NCBI GenBank assembly: GCA_965222115.1
Contig: CBDCTJ010000007.1
Span: 1,536,001-1,600,000, forward strand
Reading direction: 5' to 3'
DNA from: Planctomycetota bacterium
GTDB lineage: Bacteria > Planctomycetota > PLA2 > JAEUHO01
Length of the DNA: 64,000 bases
A model generated the notes under the pieces. The model was not told the origin of the DNA. It saw only the letters and a program-made list of their open reading frames with translations, and searched no databases. Below are positions 38,742-48,423 of the stretch, one piece after another. The translations under genes and the position numbers were made by a program. How positions within the stretch are numbered: the first letter of the stretch is position 1; each line of letters opens with the position of its first letter.

Positions 38742-39740
38742 CTACTGCGAGATCAGGTGGTCGGCGAGTGCGTGCGCGCTGTCCCACGCGAGGGCCGGCG
38801 GGTTGTCGTTTCCGAGGCACCAGCTGCCTACACAACCCAAGTTCTCTTCCGCGTCGAACAAGTACGGCGCGCCCAACGCGACTTCAGTGTGGGCGAAGTC
38901 CCAGCGGAACGTGCTTGCGTGAATCAGATCGGGTAGCGACGAGCGACCCAGTGCTCGCGCAAACGCTTCAGTAAGTAAGGGCAACGTCTCGGCTTCGGTG
39001 CGCAGCTGCTGTGGAATGCTCCATGACGTTGTCGCGTGTGCCATCCATAATTCTGGGAGCTGTTCGCGGCCCGGCTTATGGGATTCACACACGAGTAGCG
39101 CCAAGGGGGAGTTGTTGATGTGGGCACAGTCGTAGGGGACATCAAGTGAGTTTTCAAAAGCCACAGCGAGCGTCCATCTCGGGTGGGCCGAAACGCGGTC
39201 GAGCTGAGCAACAACGCGAGGCACCGCGTCCATGACCGACGCTGCCTGTGCTGCCGGAATGGCCGTGATCACGCCATCAAACGGGCCCGCATGTTGGTGA
39301 TCGATGTCCATCAAGTGCCATGCGTCACCACCACGCATGACACGCGCAATCCGTCGTCCCCGCTGAACGTCGACGCCCTCCAACAATGAGGCAACGACTC
39401 TCGACGCATATGGCCCGGCAGCATTCGGATCGCGTACCTCGATTGCAACCCGCTTGTTGACGCCGTTTTCGAATTGTGGATTCCACCACGTGAGGAGCCC
39501 CTCGCCGCACCATCGATCGATCTGTTTGTCCAGCGATCGATTGGATTGCCAAAGCCATGGCAGGTGGCGCCCAACATGCAACTCGCCGCGGGTCGTAGGA
39601 CGTAGCGTTCCGCCAACTGCTAAGTCTTTTTCAAAGACGGTAACGTTGCGCCCGGCGTCAACCAGGCGACGTGCCAGCGCCGCACCCGCAAGGCCGGCAC
39701 CAATGATTGCAATGCTTGATTGGATTGAAGGCTGAATCAC
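38742..39740 (-). CDS. FAD/NAD(P)-dependent oxidoreductase, renalase-like
   Basis: IAIIGAGLAG, VTVFEK, FDGVITAIPAAQA, HATTSWS, GSWCLG. Confidence 0.8.
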   Translation of the reverse strand: MIQPSIQSSIAIIGAGLAGAALARRLVDAGRNVTVFEKDLAVGGTLRPTTRGELHVGRHLPWLWQSNRSLDKQIDRWCGEGLLTWWNPQFENGVNKRVAIEVRDPNAAGPYASRVVASLLEGVDVQRGRRIARVMRGGDAWHLMDIDHQHAGPFDGVITAIPAAQAASVMDAVPRVVAQLDRVSAHPRWTLAVAFENSLDVPYDCAHINNSPLALLVCESHKPGREQLPELWMAHATTSWSIPQQLRTEAETLPLLTEAFARALGRSSLPDLIHASTFRWDFAHTEVALGAPYLFDAEENLGCVGSWCLGNDNPPALAWDSAHALADHLISQ

Positions 39741-39770
39741 GCCGAGAGCATACGGCCTAACCGCTGCGTG

Positions 39771-40199
39771 TTACGCGCATTCTGCGCAGCGACCGCGAAT
39801 CTCGATGTTGTAGGCGCGTGCATGAAAGTCGCTGGGCGCCAGCGCGTCGATGTCCAACGACTCCAGCGACTCGTGTTGAATGTCGCGCACCGCGCCGCAA
39901 CGGTCACAGAGCAAATGGTGGTGACGCACGGGGTTGGCGTCATAGCGCGCACTGCTACTGGGATGACTGATTCGATGCACAAGCCCAAGCTCGGCGAATG
40001 TTTCGAGCGAACGATAGACGGTTGTACGGGACATTCCTGAGAGGCTGCTCGACACCGCATCAAATACCATGTCGGCTGTGGGATGATCCGTGCGCGATGC
40101 CAACTCGCGATAGATCGCCAAGCGCTGCACCGTGACGGGAATCCCGCGTTCGCGAAACAGCCGCTTCAGCGCATCGGTGGCGAGGGCGCCTTGTTGCAT
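39771..40199 (-). CDS. Fur-family transcriptional regulator (PerR-like)
   Basis: TVQRLAIY, DHPTAD, SRTTVYRSL, RYDAN..HHHLLCDRCG, C-terminal CAEC. Alternative start at 40262. Confidence 0.9.
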   Translation of the reverse strand: MQQGALATDALKRLFRERGIPVTVQRLAIYRELASRTDHPTADMVFDAVSSSLSGMSRTTVYRSLETFAELGLVHRISHPSSSARYDANPVRHHHLLCDRCGAVRDIQHESLESLDIDALAPSDFHARAYNIEIRGRCAECA

Positions 40200-40306
40200 G
40201 GAAACGATCCTTCCGTCCAGGGCGGTTGGCGCGATCTTCCGGTCGTCGCCCACCGGATCCATAACGTACCTTGCACGTTGCCCGCGCAAAATCCGTGGTC
40301 GGGCTG

Positions 40307-43300
40307 TTACTTGGCCATAGGCAGTTTGAGCACCAGCATCTTGTCGTCCTCGGCGCTTGCCGCGAGGCGCGAACCGGGTAGCAGGCTGGGCGCAAATGCG
40401 GGCGATCCCTTGAGATCGGCTTCGATCGATACAGCGCCTTCGTGGGCGTTGTAGACCCACAGTCGTCCATCTGCGCGATGCGCAATGAAGTGGCCGCTCG
40501 TTCCCAGCAAGCCGCCTTGCGATACGCCGCCAAGTTCTTCGACGGACCGCGGCGTTCCATCGCGCATATTGAACATGAATACGCGCCCGCGTCGGTCACT
40601 CACCGCGGCAACATGGCCGGCTTCGGCAGGCGCACCCACGAGGTCTCCGATGCCCTGCTTCATCCAACGAACACGACCGTCTTCCGCAAGCGCAATCAAG
40701 GAGCCGTTGTGAGTGACAGCGAGTACGCCGCTCGGTCCCGAAACCACGTCGCGAATCGAGGAGCGATTGCCCTTGAGGTCAATCACCGACTTGGTGCCCG
40801 TGCGCGCCAGAACGCGAACGATCTTGCCACTTCCGGTTCCTACCCATAGGGCACCGTGACCGTAGGCCGCTCCTGTGCTGGGCTGTACACCGAGTTCAAT
40901 CTGCTTGTCGATCGCGCGCGACCCAATGATGAATAGCGTGCCTTTAGAACTCACAAGGCCCACGGACGAACCCATGGGGGCGAGTTTGCCTATGGGACGA
41001 TCGCAACGAAGTGTGTGAATCTTGGATCCATCACGCTGACTCAGAATATCGACATTGCCACTTACGTAGGCGACGACCAGGCCATGCGGTGTAGCGATGG
41101 GCGACGTGCGCAACCCCTCCACGCCGGAGTGAGACACCGACCACATGATGTTGCCCGTGTCTCCGTTGTGCAGCGACACCCGTCCCGATCGTTCTGCGGT
41201 GGCCACATGATTGCCAAACGGCGAAACGGGAAAGGTCACACGGTTGCCAACGGGCTGTTTCCACGAGGTCTCAGGAATCAGGCGGAAGTTAAGCGTGGTC
41301 ACCGGTTTTTCGGCCGCCGTTTCCACGAGCAAGCTCTGAGGTGTAAATCCAGGCGCGCTTACGCGTACGCTGGTGTTTTGGCCCCAGCCATAACGAATCA
41401 CCATGGGCGCTTTGCCAACTTCCTGTCCATTGACGGTCACCGTGGCACCGCGCGGACTGGATTCAACGCGGAGTGGTAAGGTAAACACCTGCTCGAATCG
41501 CACGAACATGTACTTGCGAATCAAGTTGACGTAGGCCTGGGCCGCTCCGTCCAGATTGCCCTGCTCTTCCAGGCCGCGAGCCACGTCAATATTGCGCCGA
41601 ATCTCGGCAATGCGGCTTCGGCGGCCTTTGACCCAGTTGGGAATGCCACGGCGCTGCAACGCTGTCCATTGTGACGCGAACGTCTGGTCTTCCGCGGCAC
41701 GACTCAGGAGCGATTCAAACTCCTTGTAGACGGCGTCGGCCTCTTCGAGGTCGCCATTGACCATCAGCTCGGGCCCGCGCTCGCGGCAGCGTCGTTCCGC
41801 GGTTGTCAAGTCGTGGCCAATCACAATGCGTCGGCACTCGGCGATATCGGATTCGATGGTCGTCGCCATGTCACGCAACGCCTTGGAACTCGCGCCCAAC
41901 TTAGCAGTCGCACTCCGCAGCGCATCGTGATCTGCCAGATCGGCGAGGCGTTGCATGGTTTCGGTGGCGCTTAGGAGATTCTCCGGATACGCGGGATCGC
42001 GAACGCCTTCGGCTTCGTGGATCAAACGCTCAAGTGAACGGGGATCGTTCTTAAGCAGTCTCGGCGCCTCGCGAATTCGTTGCAGCGTATCCATGCGCTT
42101 GGCCGCATCGCGCTCCATGCGAAATGCGTTGTTGCGCGCGGCACCTGCCACGCTGGCAAGGCGCTTGGGCAATACGGTGCGCAGTTCGGTGAGATCAATC
42201 GAGTCGAGAATCGTCGTCATCTTCTTGCTGACGTCGGGCTTGGGCAGTTCGGTGAGCAACGGTGCGAGTTCGCCGGCGGACATCTTGAGACGCTTGGACA
42301 ACTCGGGGCTGATCTTGTTGCGCTTGGTACGGCCCAGGTCGGGATTCACGATGCGTGCCTGAAGCAACCAGGCCTCTTCGGCTTCCACCGACTCCGGAAA
42401 CTCTTCAATAATTTTGGCAATGATCTCGCGCGCTTCACCCGTGCGGCCCGCTTGGGCGGCCGCGCGAGCATTGTCGAGGAGTTTGGTGGGTGATTTGGGC
42501 CAGAAGACGACGCCCGCGGCGGCCACGAGGGCCAGCAACGCGCCCATGATCGCAACGCGGCGGCGGCGCCCCACAGGGGGAGAAAGCAAAGCACGGAAAT
42601 GATTGAGCGTTGCCGTTTCACTCGGCGCAACTTCTTGGAGTGAATCCCGGAAAAACAGGGCGAGTTCGCGCTCATCGCGGTTGGCACACGTCTTGCCAAT
42701 CAAGCGCGCAACTTGCTTGCCTTGTACCGTTAGCTCTTCGGTGTTGCGCGCGCGCAAGAGTGCATGGGCATAGCGCAATCGCGCCGCCAAATTGTTGGGA
42801 TCGCGCGCAACAATGGGCGCCAAAATCTCTACCGCACGCTCGGGTTCGTCCGAGTCCATGGCATGACGCGCAAGGCGAATCGTGGAGTCGTTGTAAACCT
42901 CGTTATTGCCAGCGACTTCAGCCGCGTGTTGCCGCGCGCGAAGAATCGTGAGGCTCTGCGGGTCACGATCGAGCGCCAGATTGAGCGTGTCCACCGCGGC
43001 GCTGGCTCGACCGGTGTGAATTTGAACCGATCCCAAGGCGAGTAGCGATGCGAGCTCCGCCTTCGTGTTGCCGCTTTGCTTTGCAATGTTTACCAGCGCT
43101 TGAACCGGAACTTCGTTACCTGGTTCCACTTCACCCCATTGAAGCAAGAGACGACGTGCGCCACGGAAGTCACCGCCATTGGCGCGCACTTCGGCGGCGC
43201 GCTGCAACTCTTCGGGTTGTGCCAAGCGCGCTGCGCCGGAATCCACCAAGATGTGTGCGGCGCGCACCGCACGGAAGCGGGAGATACCGAGGAAGAGAGC

Positions 43301-43927
43301 AATCTCGCCAATAAGCGCATGGCCATCCAGGCATGCATGCACGCCGGAGATCGGATCTTCTTCGTCTTCTGGGGCTGGCGGTTCTTCTCCGGGCGTCACA
43401 ACAAAGAGCGCGGCATGGCGACCGAGTGACGCATTGATCTGGCGCCGTTCATCCAGTCGTTGTGCAGCGCGCAGCATCAAACCCGTGGGGTCAACGAGCA
43501 CGCGGCCCAGGAGCCCGAGTTTCGACTCATCCAATTCGCGCTCGTCGAAACTAAACTCGCCAGTGTTCCACGTGAGCAGATCAATGACGGTGTCGTGGGC
43601 AGCACTGCTAATGAGGAGGTTGACGTCTTGCCTCGGCAGTTGACCACTCTCCAGCAACGCGTCGAGCAGGGCTTCGCCGTCGCCGTGTTCCGTGCGCGCC
43701 ATCTTGACGACATCGGCCGTCACCACGCCACGCATGGTGAATGCGTGAATCAAATCTTCCGTGTCGAGTGACTCGGGTTCGAGCACCATGAGCCCTTCGG
43801 GACTCACATAGAGGGCCGCACGACTCGCGCCGTCTCGAAGTTGGAGGATGCCCGCCCCCTGACCCGTCAAACCCGTTTGAAGGAGGTCGGCTAGGCCAAG
43901 ATTGCCAAGATCACCTGTAAGCGCCAT
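40307..43927 (-). CDS. DUF4388-TPR-TM-PEGA-PQQ-like beta-propeller protein
   Basis: N-terminal LTGDLGNLGLADLLQ and LLTWNTGEFSF, TPRs, central TM, PEGA-like VESSPRGATVTVNG..GKAP, propeller repeats. Confidence 0.75.
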   Translation of the reverse strand: MALTGDLGNLGLADLLQTGLTGQGAGILQLRDGASRAALYVSPEGLMVLEPESLDTEDLIHAFTMRGVVTADVVKMARTEHGDGEALLDALLESGQLPRQDVNLLISSAAHDTVIDLLTWNTGEFSFDERELDESKLGLLGRVLVDPTGLMLRAAQRLDERRQINASLGRHAALFVVTPGEEPPAPEDEEDPISGVHACLDGHALIGEIALFLGISRFRAVRAAHILVDSGAARLAQPEELQRAAEVRANGGDFRGARRLLLQWGEVEPGNEVPVQALVNIAKQSGNTKAELASLLALGSVQIHTGRASAAVDTLNLALDRDPQSLTILRARQHAAEVAGNNEVYNDSTIRLARHAMDSDEPERAVEILAPIVARDPNNLAARLRYAHALLRARNTEELTVQGKQVARLIGKTCANRDERELALFFRDSLQEVAPSETATLNHFRALLSPPVGRRRRVAIMGALLALVAAAGVVFWPKSPTKLLDNARAAAQAGRTGEAREIIAKIIEEFPESVEAEEAWLLQARIVNPDLGRTKRNKISPELSKRLKMSAGELAPLLTELPKPDVSKKMTTILDSIDLTELRTVLPKRLASVAGAARNNAFRMERDAAKRMDTLQRIREAPRLLKNDPRSLERLIHEAEGVRDPAYPENLLSATETMQRLADLADHDALRSATAKLGASSKALRDMATTIESDIAECRRIVIGHDLTTAERRCRERGPELMVNGDLEEADAVYKEFESLLSRAAEDQTFASQWTALQRRGIPNWVKGRRSRIAEIRRNIDVARGLEEQGNLDGAAQAYVNLIRKYMFVRFEQVFTLPLRVESSPRGATVTVNGQEVGKAPMVIRYGWGQNTSVRVSAPGFTPQSLLVETAAEKPVTTLNFRLIPETSWKQPVGNRVTFPVSPFGNHVATAERSGRVSLHNGDTGNIMWSVSHSGVEGLRTSPIATPHGLVVAYVSGNVDILSQRDGSKIHTLRCDRPIGKLAPMGSSVGLVSSKGTLFIIGSRAIDKQIELGVQPSTGAAYGHGALWVGTGSGKIVRVLARTGTKSVIDLKGNRSSIRDVVSGPSGVLAVTHNGSLIALAEDGRVRWMKQGIGDLVGAPAEAGHVAAVSDRRGRVFMFNMRDGTPRSVEELGGVSQGGLLGTSGHFIAHRADGRLWVYNAHEGAVSIEADLKGSPAFAPSLLPGSRLAASAEDDKMLVLKLPMAK

Positions 43928-44209
43928 GTCGTTTCCACCCGCGGAGGGAGCCCGAGCCCGGGCATTGATTTGGCTCTCCTATCGACGCGGATGGACGTGC
44001 ATCTGTAGTGTTCGTGTGTGGCGGTGTGCAGAAAAATCGTCAAATAACGCCTGCGCGTACCCCAGTACTTCAGCTAGGCGCGAACGCGTTTCTGGCATCC
44101 GCTCTAACGACCTAGAACGTAAAGGGTTAGGTCGGGCCGCAGGAGATGTCACGGGCGCTGTTTGTCGTCGTGTGAGTCCCTACATGTTCATTCGGATGAA
44201 CGGTCGCCG

Positions 44210-45133
44210 CTACGTTTGCTGAGACGTAGAGGTCGCCTGAGACGTAAAGCTCGACCCCGTGAGTCGTTCGTAGATCTCGCGATAGGTGTTTGATGTTTGT
44301 TGCACGACTTCATCGGGAAGCGTGGGGGCCGGTGGATTGCGATCCCATCCATGGTCGTCGAGCCAATTGCGCACGAGTTGTTTGTCGAAGGACTTCTGAG
44401 ACTTGCCGGGCGCGTAGAGCGAGGCGTCCCAAAAGCGACTCGAATCAGGCGTTAACACTTCATCACCCAACGTGAGCGTTCCCTTGTCGTCGGCGCCAAA
44501 CTCAAACTTGGTGTCGGCAATGATGACGCCGCGTTCCGCCGCGATGGATCGCGCACGTTCGTACACCGCCTTGGAGACGGTACGCAGCGCTTCGGCCAGT
44601 TCCTTCCCTACGATGGAGATCATGGTGTCAAAGTCGATGTTTTCGTCGTGGCCCTCTTCGGCTTTGGTGGCTGGCGTGAAGAGAGGCGGAGCGAGTTTGC
44701 AACTCTGCTCCAATCCGGCAGGCAGTGCGTGCCCACAAACCGCTCCGGTGCGCGTGTAGTCTTTCCATCCGCTACCGACCAAGTATCCACGAACCACACA
44801 CTCAACCGGTGCCATCTTGAGACGCTTGACCAACATGCTGCGGCCGGCCAAGACGGAACGATGCGCGCGAACCTCGGGCGGCATGGCGTCGACATCGGCC
44901 GTAATCAGATGATTGGGCGTGAGATCGCTCAGTTGATCAAACCAAAATAGTGAAAGCCGCGTGAGGATTTCGCCCTTGAAGGGAATCGCCGGCGACAAGA
45001 CGACGTCATAGGCGCTGAGCCGGTCGGTGGCCACCAAGAGCAGGTCTTCGCCAACCTCATAGATGTCGCGCACCTTTCCGCGTTGCACGAGTTTCAATCC
45101 ATCAAGCGTGGTGCTGGATACGGCGGTGGTCAT
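44210..45133 (-). CDS. purC: SAICAR synthase
   Basis: RGKVRDIY, TDRLSAYD, VECVVRGYL.GSGW, IADTKFEFG, DEVLTPDSSRFW, SFDKQ. Confidence 0.96.
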   Translation of the reverse strand: MTTAVSSTTLDGLKLVQRGKVRDIYEVGEDLLLVATDRLSAYDVVLSPAIPFKGEILTRLSLFWFDQLSDLTPNHLITADVDAMPPEVRAHRSVLAGRSMLVKRLKMAPVECVVRGYLVGSGWKDYTRTGAVCGHALPAGLEQSCKLAPPLFTPATKAEEGHDENIDFDTMISIVGKELAEALRTVSKAVYERARSIAAERGVIIADTKFEFGADDKGTLTLGDEVLTPDSSRFWDASLYAPGKSQKSFDKQLVRNWLDDHGWDRNPPAPTLPDEVVQQTSNTYREIYERLTGSSFTSQATSTSQQT

Positions 45134-45246
45134 GGTGTCTCCTGCTATGGGCTTGTCGTGATTGCGAATCACGTTTTTGCCCGGCGAAATGCGCGTCACT
45201 CGACGCCAAAATACGGTCCGAATGAGCGCTTCCTATACTCGCGCGC

Positions 45247-46515
45247 GTGCAATGGCATGTACCTAGAATTCGCGGACCCGTCGATGTGCGTGTGGCGGTT
45301 CCGCCCTCCAAGTCTCAGCATCAGCGCTACCTCATTTTGCAGGCGCTAGCCGACACGCCGGTGCCCATTCACTCCTCAGGCGATGCCGAACCTTCCCAGG
45401 ACGTCGTGGCGCTATGGCGTGCGATGCAGTGCCTGGGCACGTGGGCGGACGGTGCGCTTGGGGCGAGTCGCGAGTCCCGCACACTAAACTTGGGCTATTG
45501 CGGCGCGGGGTTTCGATTCTCGATGGTCGCCGCGGCACTCCGGCCGGCGGGTAGCCGAACGCTCGTCACGGGTAGACCCGCACTGCTTGCGCGTCCTCAT
45601 CGCCCACTTCTAAGATCGCTCATCCGACTGGGTGTCGCTGGCAAACGACGCGGAAGCGGGGCCATGCGCGTGCTTTCGCGAGTCGTTCCGCCAGACTCCC
45701 GCGTGTGGGCGGACGCAACGACCAGTAGTCAGTTCGTGTCGGCACTTGCCCTGGCTGCGCCGCGCTGGGGTGGACTTCGCATCGACATGGTGAAGGATCC
45801 CGTATCGCTGCCCTATATCGAAACGACGCGCGATGCGCTTCGTAGCGCCGGCATTGGGTCGGCGTGGGTACTTGAGACCGATCGTCGTTCGCTCTTGATT
45901 GATGGTGGCGCGCCCGCGGCAACGAGCTTTGTCGTCGAGCCCGATGCATCGAGTGCTGCGGTATGGTGGGCGCTCGCCGCAATGCGTGGCGGACGCACGC
46001 AGGTGCAAGGACTTACGTCCACCAGCCTTCAGGCGGATATGAATCTGCTGGACGTACTCGATCTTCGCAGCGCCGTGGAGCCCAACGCAAACGACGGGTT
46101 CGTGCTCAATGTGTCTACGCCGCTCCGCGATCGAACACTTCCGAAGACGTTTGATCTGCAAGCAAGTTCGGACCTAGTGCCCATCGTCGCTGCCGCCGCC
46201 ACGCAACTGCCCGGTCACACGCGCATCGTTGGCGCGTCCCACGTGCAGTGGAAGGAGAGCCGTCGGCTCCACACCATGGCGGAGGGGATCTGCGCGCTCG
46301 GCGGTGAGGCGGATGTAACGAATGGCGTACTCACGGTCGGCGATGCTCCACTCTCCGGCGGCGTTGTCGATTGCCATGGGGATCATCGTTTGGTCATGGC
46401 GTTTGCGCTCCTGGGTGCGGGGCGCGGGGATGTCGTCGTGCGTGGAGCCCAGGCAGTTGCGAAGTCCTACCCCGAATTTCCGAATCACTTCCTGCACATC
46501 GCGCAGGCGTCGTAG
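45247..46515 (+). CDS. aroA: 3-phosphoshikimate 1-carboxyvinyltransferase (EPSP synthase), divergent
   Basis: PPSKS, SSQFVSAL, VSLPYIETT, EPDASSA, KESRR, DHRLVMA, KSYPEF. Confidence 0.9.
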   Translation: MQWHVPRIRGPVDVRVAVPPSKSQHQRYLILQALADTPVPIHSSGDAEPSQDVVALWRAMQCLGTWADGALGASRESRTLNLGYCGAGFRFSMVAAALRPAGSRTLVTGRPALLARPHRPLLRSLIRLGVAGKRRGSGAMRVLSRVVPPDSRVWADATTSSQFVSALALAAPRWGGLRIDMVKDPVSLPYIETTRDALRSAGIGSAWVLETDRRSLLIDGGAPAATSFVVEPDASSAAVWWALAAMRGGRTQVQGLTSTSLQADMNLLDVLDLRSAVEPNANDGFVLNVSTPLRDRTLPKTFDLQASSDLVPIVAAAATQLPGHTRIVGASHVQWKESRRLHTMAEGICALGGEADVTNGVLTVGDAPLSGGVVDCHGDHRLVMAFALLGAGRGDVVVRGAQAVAKSYPEFPNHFLHIAQAS

Positions 46516-46572
46516 CCGTCAAATGGGGCAGGGAACCTGCGGTTTTGCCCGTCCACAAAGTACGATTTCCTG

Positions 46573-48387
46573 ATGCGACGCTACCGCAGCCTTGGGGCCC
46601 TTGCGCTTCCGACCGTACTCGTCTTGCTTTGCATGCCGCCCGCGCATGCCAAAGAGGGGAACCGTCCGTACTTGATGGGCCTTCCTTGGGAGAGCGCCGT
46701 TGTTCGTGGCATCGATCGTCAAGACCGAGATCGACGCCGCTTGCAGGGTGCCGGCTTCGACTCGATGGTGCGTAAGTACGCCACCGCTGCGCGCCGGGAT
46801 CCCAGCCTGGCCAACCTCTACTTGCTGGGCCGAGGCAACGCCCTTCGCTATGTCTGGCGCAGGAATCGAATCAAGAACGAGAAGAACGTCTTGGAGCGCA
46901 CGAATCACGAACGGCGGGCACCTCGCGATTACTCCGATGCCGTTGCCGCCTATCGCGATGTTATGAAGAAGGAGCCGCGCTGCTACTTCGCCTATCACGA
47001 TCTCGGCATGCTTGAACTTGCGCGCGCCAAACCCAATCGTCGGCGCGCGTTTGACTACCTTGTGCAGGCGCTGCACATCAACGATCGTTATATAGACGCT
47101 CGCCGCAAGCTGATTTTGATGTATTTGGAAGGCAAGCAGTTTCCCGAAGCGATTCCACTGCTCGTGCGGTTGATTCAACAAGAGCCCGCAGATCGTATCG
47201 CGCGCGTTCAATTGATCAATGCGTATGCGAAAGTCGGTCGCTATGACGTGGCGCGATCACATTTGTCACCCTTGCTACAAACCGAACCCAACAATCCGGT
47301 GTTTCGCGACCTGTCCGCGCAACTCGATTCCAAGGTGGGACGCGCCGACCAGGCAATCGCAACGTACCGCGGTCTTGCAAAAGAGAATCCCACGTCCCCG
47401 GCGCCCTTCCTTGGCATCCTTCGCATCATTGAAAGCAAGCGTACCGCTAAGCAGCAATTCAAATTGGAAGACTACCATTTTGCATTGAGCGGCATCATGC
47501 GTATTGAGCGAGATCCTGCGCGACGCGCGGCCCTGCAAAGGGATCTCGAAAAGCTCGAACGCGCCATGGCAGCGCCCAAGACGCCGCGCGATCCCAATAA
47601 ACCGCCATCGGAGTCAGAGATCATCGCTGTGTTGGATCGTGGGACATTGGAACAGCGTCGTCAGGCGCTGCTCTACGTGTTGACGCGTGAGGAGAATCCG
47701 TCTCCCGCCATCATGAAAGCCGTCATGCGCCGTATTGCCGCGCGAACAGAGAGCGATCCGGCGAGCCGCGTGATTGCGGTGCGCACGCTGGGGCGCCGCG
47801 GCGGTTCAGCGCTAATTCCCCTCATTCGATTGGCTCTGCGGGATGCAAATGAACACGTGCGCAGTCAAGCCGCCGACACCTTGACCCGGATCGCCGAGCG
47901 CGACGGTCGCGTCAGTCGGTCCGTCATGATCATTCTGGGCCGTCATGCGTTGGCGCCCGAGATTGAGTTTCCCGCTGCGGTCCGCCTGCACATTCTGCGG
48001 TTGGCGGAAGCCCACTTGGATGTGGATTCGAAGAGTTCGGACCGTGAGCACCGCGAGGCCTTCCGCACGTGGTGGCGCACGCCCCGAGTCGAGGACTTGA
48101 TCATTCAGGGTCTGGATGGCTATGACCGTCTGGGTGATCGCTTTGCCGAGCAGATACTTGGACCGTTCGTCCGCTCGCCTTCCTTCTTGGTGTTCAAGAC
48201 GGCCTGGCGCGCGCTTGAGGCCCATCGCACGGTCATGATGGCAGATGGTGGCGCGAAGGCCGGAGGTGCGACACGTTTGGCGTGGTTTCGCGCGATGCCT
48301 CGTTACGTTGAGTCGTCGTGCGTCCCCGCCAATCACAACACCGGGCGTACGGCGTTGGAGGCATGGCTTGCGCGTGCCCCTCGTTGA
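46573..48387 (+). CDS. Exported TPR + HEAT repeat protein
   Basis: Signal peptide ending AHA, TPR repeats, then HEAT-like LRDANEHVRSQAA. Confidence 0.75.
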   Translation: MRRYRSLGALALPTVLVLLCMPPAHAKEGNRPYLMGLPWESAVVRGIDRQDRDRRRLQGAGFDSMVRKYATAARRDPSLANLYLLGRGNALRYVWRRNRIKNEKNVLERTNHERRAPRDYSDAVAAYRDVMKKEPRCYFAYHDLGMLELARAKPNRRRAFDYLVQALHINDRYIDARRKLILMYLEGKQFPEAIPLLVRLIQQEPADRIARVQLINAYAKVGRYDVARSHLSPLLQTEPNNPVFRDLSAQLDSKVGRADQAIATYRGLAKENPTSPAPFLGILRIIESKRTAKQQFKLEDYHFALSGIMRIERDPARRAALQRDLEKLERAMAAPKTPRDPNKPPSESEIIAVLDRGTLEQRRQALLYVLTREENPSPAIMKAVMRRIAARTESDPASRVIAVRTLGRRGGSALIPLIRLALRDANEHVRSQAADTLTRIAERDGRVSRSVMIILGRHALAPEIEFPAAVRLHILRLAEAHLDVDSKSSDREHREAFRTWWRTPRVEDLIIQGLDGYDRLGDRFAEQILGPFVRSPSFLVFKTAWRALEAHRTVMMADGGAKAGGATRLAWFRAMPRYVESSCVPANHNTGRTALEAWLARAPR

Positions 48388-48423
48388 GGCAGGTGTCGTT
48401 GCCTCGTTGGAGAGAGAGTTCCT

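Noticed and set aside
44104-44134. Short palindrome CTAAC...GTTAG / CGACCTA...TAGGTCG between purC and the DUF4388 gene
   Set aside because: Single short copy. It cannot be distinguished from chance or a weak terminator without genome-wide counts.
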